DNA of 60,142 nucleotides, filler included, from Globobulimina sp. (taxonomy: Eukaryota): NCBI GenBank assembly GCA_003354225.1. It is 9 parts of 9 records of this genome, joined end to end, with 100 filler letters (N's around TTAATTAATTAA, not from the genome) between each part and the next. Parts side by side here need not be neighbours in the genome. Positions count along the whole stretch, not along the records: positions 6,710 to 13,317 come from PIVH01000266.1; positions 13,418 to 20,016 come from PIVH01000267.1; positions 20,117 to 26,712 come from PIVH01000268.1; 6 more parts are not named here. The stretch is one strand, 5' to 3'. The position numbers and the translations under genes are program-made. Positions 12,814 to 25,541 of this stretch are shown here, piece after piece (position 1 is the first letter of the stretch; every line of letters begins with the position of its first letter). Below the pieces are notes generated by a model, which was not told the origin of the DNA, made no database searches, and saw nothing but the letters and a program-made list of their open reading frames with translations.

Positions 12814-13212
12814 TCAAATGAGAATTGCACTGTCAGATAAAAACAATTGCGTGGGAAACAATTGCGTGGGATTACCTGCAACGCTTTGATTATAATATTG
12901 TAGTATTGTATGGTTTTTATTGCGCCATTCGTGGACTTGAAATGATGAGCATTGTGCGGTGAGAGTAATGGAAGGATACATTTGTGCAGATGCGACACAT
13001 AAATTTGAGTAATAATTATAATGGCTTGACGCAAATGAGATAATATTCATGGCGAGTTCGCTGGAATTCTTACACAATTCAATGGTCTCTGAGACTGAGT
13101 AATAATTAGGATAATGATCATTATCACATTTGTTAGTGCATAATCTTGCAATTGTTGCATTCGACCTAGTAATGACTAAGATATACAACAGCAGAATCAC
13201 GTGCAATATCAT
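12814..13212 (-). CDS. Small putative secreted Cys-containing protein or first exon
   Basis: Hydrophobic N-terminus MILHVILLLYILVITRSNA followed by Cys-spaced sequence; no recognisable family. Confidence 0.3.
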   Translation of the reverse strand: MILHVILLLYILVITRSNATIARLCTNKCDNDHYPNYYSVSETIELCKNSSELAMNIISFASSHYNYYSNLCVASAQMYPSITLTAQCSSFQVHEWRNKNHTILQYYNQSVAGNPTQLFPTQLFLSDSAILI

Positions 13213-13317
13213 TAGAGTTTTCCTATTTGACCTTGCTTTTGCTCATGATCAACTTTTTTTAATCATTTGTGAATTGTTAGAGAAAAAGCTTACGTAAATG
13301 TTCGTCTAATCCTTAAT

Positions 13318-13417
13318 NNNNNNNNNNNNNNNNNNNNNNNNNNNNNNNNNNNNNNNNNNNNTTAATTAATTAANNNNNNNNNNNNNNNNNNNNNNNNNNN
13401 NNNNNNNNNNNNNNNNN
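13318..13417. other. Artificial contig linker
   Basis: N44-TTAATTAATTAA-N44. Confidence 0.98.
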
Positions 13418-16400
13418 CTTGCTCTTTTTTTTCTTTTTCTTTTTTTTACGTAATTTTCTCGTTTCAGTGTCTTCCTCATTTCCCAATATATCGTAATCAT
13501 TGTTACCGTCTTCCTGTTGACCAAATTGATCCATATGATGCTGACGCGGATGCTGCGAATCCTCTTCTTTCAACCTCCTCACTCTTTTAATCGGTGGCTG
13601 GTTATCATTCTCATTCTCATTGTTCTCCTCATCCAGCATCAATTTCCTTTTCCCATTGATTTGAGGTCGCGGTTCAATCCAATTAATCTGCTTCGATTTT
13701 AACTTTGCCTGCGCTGCTTTCAATTTATTTTCTTTTTCTTTCTTCAAAATTAAATTTTTCTTCTTCTCAATTTCTTTCCTCTCTTTTTCCAATGTTTTGT
13801 TTAATTTCTTCTCCTCCAACAACCGCTTCCTCTCATTTTTGATTTGCTGGTTTTTCTGAAATTGCAAATGTTTTTTGGCATTTTGCAACAATTCGTTTTT
13901 AATGTGATCCAAATGCTGCTTCAACTTATCATGCGGTATTTGGGTATGTGTCTTCTTATTAATTTGCAACCGACGATATAATCTCGCCGCATTCTCCAAC
14001 ATTTTCATCACATTTTCAATCTGTTTTAATGTTCTTTTTTTCGGATCTTTGCGCAAAATATCGCACGCATATTCTTCTTCGATCAATGCCAAATTATACA
14101 AATACAATTCCTGGGTCGGATTATAGCGCAATATTTGATATAAATGCAATTTTGCTGCAACAAAATCCTTTTTTGCAAATAATGTCCGCACGATATACAA
14201 CGGAATATCGCCCAAATCGTAAGTATGCGAGTTTTGCATTAATTTTTTCTTCGCTTTTTCGTAACATTTGAGCGCCAAATCCCAGTCTTGATTGACACTG
14301 TGAACATGACCTAAATTGCATAAAATATCTGAACAGGAAATACATTCTCGACTCAATTTATGCAATATCCGCTGGCTTATACCCACATTGTCACTGCCAT
14401 GCGTTGACCCTTCGCACGCAATGGCAGCTAAACCATGCACCGCGTACACATTGTTCTCATTCACCACCAATATTTGCTGATATTTTTGCAAGGCGTCATG
14501 TAGCCGTCGATAGTAATTACTGTTACTCCGCTTGTAATGATTTAACATATAATTCGCAGATATCAACTCAGAATATTCATCGTTGCGAATCTCTTCAACG
14601 ACGCGATTATCTTTTTTTAGTACGTCTATCTTATTCAATATAGACTCACATTCCGTACGACGGCCAATATACTCATAAATACGTTGAATGTACAAATAAG
14701 CATTTAATTCGATATCAATCTCCCCAAATTCGTGCGCTTTGCGGGCGGCATCTTCAAATTTCCGGATCGCGTCCATATATTTCCCACTCCGATACAAATA
14801 CAACGCATTACACAATATCGCCTCGATAAACGATGGACAGTTTATCAATATCTGGCGATAAATCTTGCGCGCTTTCTTGTAAAATGACAGCTTATCCAAA
14901 ATGCGCGCATAATTATATTGAATGATGATTTGGTGCGCTTCAAACTCGTTATTATTCTCATTCGTGATCGCTATCAATTCCTCGCAGAGTCTCTTCGCTT
15001 TCTCATAATCGCCCAATTGATAAAATAACACAATAATATTATTAAACAGTTCAAATGGAATTTGCGTATTTTGCGCATTCATAATAGCCTTCGCCCGCAT
15101 ATATTTTCCAATGGCAAAGGACGGGTCTTTCAGTTCCGTGATCTCCGCCAAATCAATGTATAAATCCACCTGGGTCGGATTCAATTGTGTAGCGCGCAAT
15201 AAATTATCTTTCGCCTTTTCCAAGTCACCACACTGTCGACAGACATAGGCATAATGACTCAGCACGACATGATCAGACACTGTGTTATTATCATCGTTCA
15301 GGTCTAAGATACGCATCAAGCAGTTCTTGGCATGGCTGATCTTATTAAAATAGATATACATTTGCGATAAGCCGAATAGAGACAAAGTAAACTGCGAATC
15401 TAATAAAATGGACTTATAGTACCATTTTATAGCTTCGTTGTAATCCAAGCAGATATGATACATTTTAGCAATCACATAGCAAGCCTCCGATTCACATTTA
15501 CTTAATGGATGCTTATTGTTACTCATCAGGTTATGATGCGGTTTTATATCCAAACCGCTCATTATATCACGTTCAGTCGGCTCCTTACGCAACAAATTGG
15601 TGATTTTCTCGCATAAACAATAAGCAGTGCCGGCCCACATTTTGGTAAATTCGATATTGTCGCAACTGAACCCGACAAAATTCGCAATTAACACCAATAA
15701 CTGCGGGTTATTGGGACTGTATAGCATGGCATCGGTGATCTCCTTCAACGCCTTACGCATTGAGCTTACTTTCTTGTTATTGCTGTTATTGTTATTATAG
15801 CTGTAATCGTATTGATTTAGATATACCAAAGCCAGTCCAATACGGCTCTTAATCCCTACATAGCCCACTTTGCCATCATTGCGTACCTTATCCTACAAAA
15901 ACAATCAATGCAATCAATGACAAACAATATGGAGCAAGGATGTGCAGTGTAGGTAACTATTTTTTTTGCCCTTTCGAAAGCATGTCTGGCGATATCAAAT
16001 TCTCGCAATTTGAGCGAACTGATACCAATCCCCAAATGCACAAAGCCTAAATAATGGCTATTGTCATGGTTATTATTGAGATTCATCTTTAATAATTTGG
16101 TGAAATTGGTGAGCGAATCCTCATAATCGCCAGTGGCGTACGCTAAGGTTGCAATGCATAACAAAGAGATGAAATTGGGCTCTCTTTGTAAGGGTATTTT
16201 TTTAGGATCGTTGTCTTGATTATGTAGGTTTGCGTCATCATCGTCGTCCTCGTCATCCTCTTCCATCTCTTTCCATGAGATGGCTTTCTGTAAATTGTGC
16301 TTGGTCTTCACCATAATGGTCAATATGTCTTCTTTCTTACGTTTGGCCTTTTCAATGCTGATTAAGCCCGCTAGGAAATGCAAGACCATGTTGTATTTCT

Positions 16401-16869
16401 CGGTGGGATCGTATTGTGTGGCGATATTACGAGCCAGTTGATAATATTGAGTGGCTTTGCGGATATTCAATTTATAGTGCTCCTCTTTCATGTGCGACTG
16501 GGAGGTGTTGATTTTATTGATGGTGTTGATGGCTTGCACCGTGGCGGCATTTAATAGGTTTATGTGATGCTCGGGGTTGCCTTCGTAGGAACATACGGTG
16601 GTATTCCAATCAGAGATGTGTTCTAAGTCGTCTTCTAAGGCTAAACCTAGCAAGCTGTTGCACTGCGAGTCTAATCCATTACGATATAATTCCACACCAA
16701 TCCGATGCCAGATTTGAATGGGTGCGAATTCTAAACGTAGACATTCTTTGATATCGGCTAGTTTGGAGGATAAAATGTCAGGGTCTAAGGGGATTTCAAT
16801 CGCAAAATCTTTGTCTTCGCGATGGTCGCGGAGGTAAATAGGATCTGGGATGCTGTCAAAGGAAGCCAT
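13418..16869 (-). CDS. CTR9: RNA polymerase-associated protein CTR9 homolog (PAF1 complex, TPR repeats); 3' end truncated
   Basis: N-terminus IEIPLDPD..LRLEFAPIQIWHRIGVELYRNG, a long TPR array (IQYNYARI, NVYAVHGLAAI, CNLGHVH, YLYNLAL) and a charged K/E tail match CTR9 architecture. Intron 15957..15893 joins ORFs 15856-16869 and 13370-15868 in frame. Confidence 0.85.
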
Positions 16870-17749
16870 GGTTTTTCCAGCAATAAAAAAACTTTACAAG
16901 TACTCGCAGTCACACAGTTGTAATTTTCTCTCATTTTCAGACATCGCGTTTTGAAGCACTCAACACGCTTAAAAAGAACAAATATGCAATATTATATTGC
17001 AGATCGTTCATCAACGAACATTAAAACAATTATATGACACTAATATCACATTGGAGAAGGTCAATCATTTATATTTGTATACTGGTCACAATATTTTGGA
17101 TTTGTAATCAAATGTAATTTTCTTGTTGCATACTGTATTTTATTCGATCCTCTTTGATTCATATTAACCTTTAACTGACTGATCATTTAAATAGGCAATC
17201 GGCACCATAAATAAACACATTAATTCCACAGATATTTTGATGGTATATTTTCCTTCAACTTTAGCGTTTGCTTTGCATTCAACCAATTATGATGCAAACT
17301 ATTCAAAACACAGAATGTTTTGATTGCTTTGTTGCATTCGTCAGTAGTAACACAGAATTTTGATTGCCAACAATGCATTCAAATCATCCAAGACTGGTTT
17401 AATATATTGATAATATTACTTTCTTTAATATGAGCATTTATTTTATTCCAATTTTCTCGATATTGAGAATTGTTATTTGCTTTGTATTGCGAGCCATAAA
17501 TTCGATATGCTTCTTTAGTCCACGATATGCTTTTTTCTATTCGTTGTCTTTTGCGGTTGTATTTTCAGTTTTGTATATTATCTGAAAGTTTACATACGTT
17601 GAAGATATTATACATTTGATTCTGCCTTTCCGAATGTGTTATTGATCATGAATTATAGTTGCTATATGACCAAACTGCAGATCTGCGCCGTTTATGCTGT
17701 TCAGTTTATTTAATTATTGCATTCAATAATGTCATTTAAGGTAAACCAC

Positions 17750-18535
17750 TCAATAGACAAAAGGTATCAATCTGTGTGTTTTGGCGATATAATCTTGATA
17801 AACTTTGCCGTATTTGGCGCACAAATAATGATCCTTTTCCGGAATTGAAATGTAAATAAATTGCGAATATAAGAATGCAGTCATTATGGAGGCATACACC
17901 ATATTATTTGCTAAAAAAGATTGTCCCGTTCTCCATAAAATATATCCTGAATAATTGGGATAAGCAATGTATTGCGCGAATCCAGCCACATATATATTTC
18001 CTTTATTTGCTAGTTCCAATTTGAATGTTTTCAATAAATAGTCATGTCCGGATTCCATAACTGCTCCGAAAGCAAACAAAACTAAACCAACCACATTCAT
18101 CCATTTGTTTGCTGCTCGGCCTCGCCGGTTTTTGAATCCATATTTGGCATAGATCCAAATGGTTAAAACATCAAACAATGATTCATACAATGGCCAAAAA
18201 ATTAAAAAATATGGTGGCATCCCATAATTTAATATGGTTAATGCCCAAAGATTTTGTCTGTTTAATTTGAAGCATGGTTTAACACTGGCAATGATTGATA
18301 AATATTTATTTTATTTTACATACTTTAAAACTCGTATTGCTGAGGTGAATTTGAACAATTTCAGCTGTTTCTCATCAATATTGTCAGTGTCGACACCCGT
18401 TTTTGCAAATAATGTTTTGAGATGATTGGATTTGATTGTTGTTATCATATAATATCCTGCCATGTTAACAGCGCACATAACAAGTCGCCATATCAATCCA
18501 GTGGCTGCACTGTAGCGTGGCAAGCTAGAAGCCAT
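17750..18535 (-). CDS. DUF1295 / steroid 5-alpha-reductase-like membrane protein
   Basis: Intron 18323..18258 joins two ORFs. Motifs GAVMESGHDYLLKTFK, GFAQYIAYPNYSGYILW and KYGKVYQDYIAKTHRLIPFVY. Confidence 0.75.
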
Positions 18536-19141
18536 GCAAGGCGTGGCAAGCTAAAAAAAACTGAATTGATTTCTTTTAACATTTTTAAACAACCACGTTT
18601 TGTGTTTCCGAATCTGAAAATTGTCTGATACTGCAACATAAAACAAGGGGGTTGTTAACCTTGTTGGTGATACAAAAAAAACAATTAGTTATATCCTTTT
18701 TTCTCAATTTTATAAACTTTAAAATGGTTTCTTTATCCAAAAGCAAAGCAGCCAACAATCCATTCGAATTTAACTGCGACAATTTGGGAATTTGAACAAA
18801 TCCAAGCGAGAATACAAAGGCGCCGGGACCAAATACTTTGTTGTATATATCTCGATGCTTGAAACCTCAGTTTGTCAATGATCCATTGAGTGGAAGAGCA
18901 ATAAAAATATTTGAAATCCTTGTCTCCGCAGCATACAATCCATGGTTTCTTGAGATAGGCATTTGCAAAAATAGTCCATTAGATATCTGCGAGCAGTGTG
19001 CTCCCGGCAATACATCCATTTTAAACTTAATAAAAACTTAATGTGCATGAATTACATATTTTGTAGCACACTTTGTCTATATTAATTAACTTTCTTTCTT
19101 TTCCAAATCATGACTTTATGTGCTTTCGTGTCCGATGACAT

Positions 19142-20014
19142 ATGCTACATTACCTGCATACAAAAATCAGATTTGTTCAAGGAATAATGAGCACGACGCC
19201 CGTTATTATGACCAGATGGATTGTTGCTACGATTAAAAACACTTTACACTGGAAAAACATGAGTCAGTCACTGTCATTCACATTGTTCGATTCACAGTGT
19301 GTGATCCCATCGTTATTAAATAAACAACCCATTTTAAAATCTAAAGCCATCACAAATGGTATTGTTCCAATTTCAATCACAAACTTGGATGATTTCTTTC
19401 AGAATGACGCAGCAATTCAGTCTTGTGACTTGTTGCTTGATTACAGATTCATTTTCAAAGACTATCAAGTAAATCAACAAAATGCAAATTATGCAAATTA
19501 TGATCATCAATGGAAATCAAAAAATTTTGAAACGCATCCATTCAATGGATTTTGTCATATTTTCCTAAAATGTCCGTTATTTTTATCATCATACTCCGTA
19601 GAATTTAAATTACAAATTGTTGACAATATTTCCTTCAACACGCAATGTTCTGATTCTTCTGAAAGTCACATTGTTGAGATACCATCAATGATTTGCGGGA
19701 CACATTTTCAAGTTAATGATATGATTATATACAACGACAGAATTGGAAAGATATTACAATTCACTCCAAATGAAACCGCAAAAATTAAAACTAATGATGA
19801 TAATCAGACAATTAATGTACAATTAGCTGACCTTGTTCTGCATAGTATCGCTTATATGATGGTGGTTGATGCCACAAATACAAATAAGATATTGTACGAT
19901 TTACTTTTGAGCAACAATAATGATCCTGAACTCTATCAATTTTATAATTCATTATGCAATTCTTTATTAACTATTTATGATTTGCTGGTCCTTCTGGTTT
20001 TTGATTTGCTGTGA
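19142..20014 (+). CDS. Uncharacterised protein, possibly with a fibronectin-III-like beta region; likely truncated at contig end
   Basis: 290-aa ORF; only a weak pattern (YSVEFKLQI..CSDSSESHIVEIP). Confidence 0.4.
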   Translation: MLHYLHTKIRFVQGIMSTTPVIMTRWIVATIKNTLHWKNMSQSLSFTLFDSQCVIPSLLNKQPILKSKAITNGIVPISITNLDDFFQNDAAIQSCDLLLDYRFIFKDYQVNQQNANYANYDHQWKSKNFETHPFNGFCHIFLKCPLFLSSYSVEFKLQIVDNISFNTQCSDSSESHIVEIPSMICGTHFQVNDMIIYNDRIGKILQFTPNETAKIKTNDDNQTINVQLADLVLHSIAYMMVVDATNTNKILYDLLLSNNNDPELYQFYNSLCNSLLTIYDLLVLLVFDLL

Positions 20015-20016
20015 TT

Positions 20017-20116
20017 NNNNNNNNNNNNNNNNNNNNNNNNNNNNNNNNNNNNNNNNNNNNTTAATTAATTAANNNNNNNNNNNNNNNNNNNNNNNNNNNN
20101 NNNNNNNNNNNNNNNN
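20017..20116. other. Artificial contig linker
   Basis: N44-TTAATTAATTAA-N44. Confidence 0.98.
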
Positions 20117-20599
20117 TATGATAATATAGAAATAATGCTCTAAATGTGGTTAACACGCCCCAAATAGCAAAGACGCCCCAAAAATTCTTAATGGAGCGTT
20201 TAGAGGTAAAAAATATATGATTTCAGAAATATACTTGAATGAAATAACGGCTGCATGACACGCAGAATTGCAAAGTGATGCCTGATATATTAAATGTCCG
20301 CACCTGAGGCATGAAATAGATGCTACCATGCGCATGAAATAGAAATTATAAGAATGAATGACCTTAGGCCTCAACACTTTACGTGTAAAATTGTCGATCA
20401 CCATTAATCAGAGTAACCCTACTAAGGCAGAGTACAGAGTGTTGTGTACTAAACACTAATCTGCGCGAGACAACCCACCGCTTATAGTAGATATAGAATA
20501 TATTGGAATAGATGTTGCATGAAACATAATATAACTCTTACACCTAAAATAGATGTAGCCTGACACATATTATATTAAGTTTAAAAAACTAAGATATAT

Positions 20600-23030
20600 C
20601 CTTAACTCAGTCAATAGTAATTGGGTCGAGCTGAAAATTAAAACTCAAAAATCAAAATATTAGGTTTCGGACCCGGAAAATAAATAGGGATCCTAATGTT
20701 TACTGAAAAAAGTTTTACAATTTTAGTATATTCTAAATATGAATGAAAAAGTACGTCAAAACATCCCATGTTCAGAGGTTGAAAAACGGTAGTTAGATGA
20801 TCGGTTGAGACTGGGTAAATGGTAATAATGTTCTAAAACGTTCAAAATTTATGAATAATTATTAAATCAGACCCATACATCCGTAATTATGACAGAAATT
20901 ATCTAAACAAAGCCGATATATTACGAACTTAGTCAATACGAGGTCAAAAAGCAATGCTTAGATCATCGGTCGATACTGGGGTAAAATGTATACAACTTCC
21001 ACAATTGAAATTATAGTAGAAACAATATAAGATGTACTCAATAACCAACTCAATACATATCCTAATATATTTAACCCAATAACTTAATAACGTAATACCA
21101 AACTGATATTTAATTTTTCAGCAAAGATTCGGTTTTACCAATTTTGGGGGGCCGTTTCATGAAAATACGAAAGCAAAAACATCATTTTTACATTATTTGC
21201 CAATTCGTTAAAGAGTTCGAACATATCATCAACTTTATAGTTATAACGTCGGCATATTTTCTAGGACCAGCTTAAACACTTCATTGAAATTTAAAATTTC
21301 AGCAAAAGATAAATAATTTCATCAAGTCAGTAAAATTAAAACAACATTAAAATATAATTAATGTTGTCAAACACCTATATCTTACGAATAATTATCAATT
21401 TCTAACCCATTCTAATCGCTATATACGACACCCTCAGATCAGAAATTCTCTAAACAAGGACGAGAAGAATGGTACGAGAATTTAACTCGGCCAATATTAA
21501 CCAGGTCGAACTGAAATTAAAACATAAAATTCGAAATTTTCGATTTCGGACCGAAAAAAAATTAAATTATGCTCCAAGTTGACTGAAAATGTTCGCTATT
21601 TTTTATTATTCTCCAAGATAGACTGAAAAAGTTTGATATTTTACTAAACGTTCTATGTTCAGAGGTTTAAAAGCAATGGTTAGATAGTCAATCGAGACGG
21701 GTAAAATGTTATTAATGTTGTCAAACACCTATATTTTATGAATACTTATCAATTTCTAATCCATACTAATCGCAATATACGTTTCCGTCAGATCAGAAAA
21801 TCTCTAAACAAGGTCGAGAAGAATGGTGCGAGTTTTTAGGCCCACACTTTACGTGTAAAAGTATTGATTGGAGGGTTCGCTGACATAGGGAGTTATAACG
21901 TGGACCCCAAGGCCTGTCAGGGTTGTCTATTCCACTGACGCTCTCATACATAACATAAATAATCCTACTAAAGTAACGTTTTCTAAACCAGTATAAATGA
22001 CATTTCAATCAATAATGGGTCAAAATGCATTGTTACTTTGGAAAAATGTAGTTCTCTATTGTTGTTCCGGTTCTGACTTATTATTAAGTGAAAACATAGT
22101 GTGTGTGTGTGTGTGTGTGTTTAAGTCGCCTATCTTAGATATACACAGGCAGCCAACAAAGTTTATAACGTTGTTAAACTGACAGAAACGTATATCACTG
22201 CCAGCGGAGGTAAGAAATTTATTGATATTTATAAAATCATGATTACTGAGAACATTAATAATATTTTACCTCATCGATGTGCGGTCTTATCATAAGCCTT
22301 AGAAAGAAGCCCGATACCTAAGCCTATTAGAAGACATATCCGCTATGTGTACAATTAGAGAATATCTATGTAACTCGGTCAATATCAACCGGATCGGGCT
22401 GAAATTTGAAACTCGATTTATGGAAATTTAGTTTTTTCCAGACCGTAAATTACAATTTACGGTCAGACCGTAAATTAAAAGACCGTAAATTTGATCTACG
22501 GTCTGGAAAAAACCCAACTTTCGATAAATTGAGTTTTAATTTTCAGTCAATCGGGGGTATTATTGACAGAGTAACAGATTTGTGTACAGATATAAAATTT
22601 GGCGCTCTGTTGGGGGTTACACCTAAACCTAATCATGAAGAAATTTGTCAAAATACATTTATGTCCATATACAAACAAAACTCAAACCACAGCGCAGCGA
22701 CTATTGTTTACGGAAATATGTCTCTACTGTTGCAATATACCGTTAGAGCCTTATTGGCCAAATTAGATGAATTTAATAACCTGCTCCGTCTATCCTTCAA
22801 CGTATGGACAGAACGGGCCTGTTTAGAGATTTTCTGATCTGACGGAAACATATATTGCGATTAGAATGGGTTAGAAATTGCTCGGTATTCGTAAAATATG
22901 GGTGTTTGCTAACATTAATAACATTTTACCCAGTATTGATTGACCATCTAATCATTCCTTGTTGTCCTCCGAACATGGACCCGTTTTAGTAAAAAAATAG
23001 CGACTATATTCAGTCAAACCTGGAGAACAA
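20600..23030. repeat. Dispersed ~350-bp repeat family with direct and inverted copies
   Basis: Related copies at ~20600-20930, ~21355-21480 (partial), ~21480-21835 and ~22370-22440 (5' part), plus an inverted copy at ~22820-23030 (e.g. CAGATCAGAAAATCTCTAAACA at ~21789 versus TGTTTAGAGATTTTCTGATCTG at 22820). Confidence 0.75.
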
Positions 23031-23408
23031 TTTAAAAACCACATATCATGATCAGTTTTAGTATTTGCTGGCACCCGTTAGTGTATGTTACCTCAAAATT
23101 TTTGGAAAGTTTATCGCGAATATACAAAATATAGATATCCAAAAACATTATTTACATGGTCGCTATCATCCTTTTAGTCGCCTCTACTCGACCTCTGGGC
23201 ATTGAACAACCGCAAAAACAGCCACCTATCCTTCAACAAAGGGACAAAACACCCTCGTTTTTTGACTTTATAAATGGCCAGAAAAGTGTATTGTGTTTCA
23301 GTTTGAACAAAATTGTATTGTCATTTATACTGGTTTAGAAAACGACACTTTAGTAGGATTATTTACATTATGTATGAGAGCATCAGTGGAATAGACAACC
23401 CTGACAGG
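21913..23408. mobile_element. Putative non-autonomous DNA transposon (MITE-like) bounded by 90-bp inverted repeats
   Basis: 21913-22002 (CCTGTCAGGGTTGTCTATTCCACTGA..) and 23319-23408 are reverse complements with 5 mismatches in 90 bp. No credible internal ORF and no clear target-site duplication. Confidence 0.6.
22099..22120. repeat. (GT)11 microsatellite
   Basis: Seen directly. Confidence 0.95.
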
Positions 23409-23597
23409 ACTAGGTGTATCCCCATATATATATATATCTGGTGACCAAAAAAAGGTCTCTCCTTACAACAGCTATGCAAATAAATCGAAGGAAGACAACC
23501 TCCTGGTTCGTCAGAGTTTGTATATATATTGGATGGTTTGTCAGAGTTTACCATTTTCTCTAATTGATGAACTATATGACTTCGTTCATGGAAAGTA

Positions 23598-24178
23598 CTA
23601 TAAGGTGTAAAATCATCATTTATAGGGTAATCGGCCATCCTCAATACATTTATGATAATAAAATTACAGTAATCTTAGGTCCTGATACGAAACGTTTTAT
23701 AGCTAAGGTATGTATTATCATTTATAGCGTAATTGAGTATCCTCAAATCATTTAAGATAATGAAAATACAGTAATCTAGTGTCCTGGCACGAAAATTAAA
23801 TGTTTTATAGCTAAGGTATAAAATTATCAATTAGGGTAATCGAGAATCCTCAATTCATTTATGATAATGAAAATACAGTAATATAGATCCTCACACGAAA
23901 ACTAAACGCGTTATAGCTAAGGTATAAAATTATCATATATGGTGTAATCGAGTATCCTCACCCCAGGTCCTGACACGAAAAGTAAACCTTTTATAGATAA
24001 GGTATAAAATTATCATTTATGTGTAATTGAGTATCACTATATCATTTATGATAATGAAAATACAGTAATCTTTGGTCCTGGCACGAAAACTAAACACTTA
24101 ATAGCTAAGGTGTTAAAAGATAATTTACGGGTGTTCAAGTATAGCTATTTCATTTATGATAATGAAAATACAGTAACA
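23598..24178. repeat. Tandem repeat, ~105-bp unit, ~5.5 copies
   Basis: TAAGGT unit starts at 23601, 23704, 23813, 23918, 23998 and 24105; shared core CATTTATGATAATGAAAATACAGTAAT..GGTCCTG(A/G)CACGAAA; one unit is internally deleted. Confidence 0.9.
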
Positions 24179-24386
24179 TGGTCTTTTGGCAAATACAGGC
24201 CACATTTATATTCACTCAAAGCTAAAGCATTTTGACTGTCAAATCAGCTTAAACATTTAAAATGTTAATCAATATTCTTTTAACGATGACATGAGATGAA
24301 CTGGTTCTACTAAAAAAAATATACCTACATAATTCAGTATTCTCATTCTAGGTAACTCGGATTGAAACCTTTTTTTTGGATCTGTA

Positions 24387-25541
24387 ATGGAACCGTCATG
24401 TTCAACGGCTGAATTGCAGAGTGAAGGAGCTCAGCAAGAATGCAGAAATTCGATTTTGGCTGATCAACTGGCAAAACAAATTATTTTAAAGGCAAAGGCA
24501 AAAACCACACTTATTTTGCCTACCATCCCCTATGTGGTAGAAAGTAATTTCTGTCGTAAATGTAAAAAGACTGTAAAGAATTTGGCAAACCATCTTGGAA
24601 ACTTTCACAAACATGCTACTACTGATTGTGGACACTGCTATAAAGTTATGAAAAGAACTAGTTTAAAACTTCATACTAACAGATTTCATAAAGGCAAGGA
24701 GCCAAAAACTTCCCCTCCCCCCATGATATGTTATTACTGTAACACTTATATTGATGAATTAAACAATCATACTAACAGACTTCATAAAGGCAAGGAGCCA
24801 AAATTTACCCCTCGGTTGGCTTGTTATTACTGTAACATTCCTTTCAATGATGTACGTGAGACTGCTGACATATATACTCAACATTTCAATGCTCATGTGA
24901 CCTACTGTTCCAAAAACTTATTCAACAAAGAAACATTACAATGCTGTGGACTAGTGTTCAGCAATCATGATAAGTGAAAACTTCATATAGAGACTGTTCA
25001 CCGACAACCCCAATGCATTGACCAAACAGAAATGGCAAGTGAAGAGGCAGTAAAGGAGTTCCTTGAGAATAAGTGTTTGCCAACATCACTATTTGTCAAC
25101 AAACCGGTAAATACATTTGACAAACCACTAGATACAACAGAAACTTTGTGCAGTGTGAATTTCCGAATAAGCGAATACGGACTACAATTGTCAAGGGCAG
25201 GACTTCCATTTTCCGTGTTAAAGAACGTTGTACAACACATAATAGATACCAAATGTTCAACAGACCGGGGCTCGTCGTCGTCAGATTGGGGGGTGAGCCG
25301 AAACTCACCGGGACTTAGTAGGCCGCAGTGGGCCCATTGTCCCCAACAAGTGCCCCATACAGACCCGGGCTATTGCACAGTATGTATCAGCTGCGCGGCT
25401 GTTGAGGCTGATGATTTCCGCTTCCTGTTAGAACCCGACGTTGAACTTGACCTGTATGCAGTAGGCTTTGGACCCATATTTGAATCTGGAAATATGTTAA
25501 AGATTATGAATAAACCAATACAAATTGATATATATGGATAA
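24387..25541 (+). pseudogene. C2H2 zinc-finger gene with premature stop, degenerating downstream
   Basis: Four C2H2-type fingers (e.g. CRKC..HLGNFH, CGHC..HTNRFH) plus a fifth, CCGLVFSNHDK*KLHIETVH, broken by TGA 24975-24977 at the conserved Leu position; the same frame continues into ORF 25032-25541. Confidence 0.6.

Noticed and set aside
18585-19041. Short ORFs between the DUF1295 gene and ORF 19142
   Set aside because: No recognisable motif and interrupted by stops; cannot support a gene call.
20150-23755. Short ORFs in the repeat-rich part of contig 4
   Set aside because: They overlap inverted and tandem repeats and show no protein-family features.
23598-24178. CRISPR array
   Set aside because: Whole ~105-bp units are similar along their length with no unique spacers; no cas genes; eukaryotic context.
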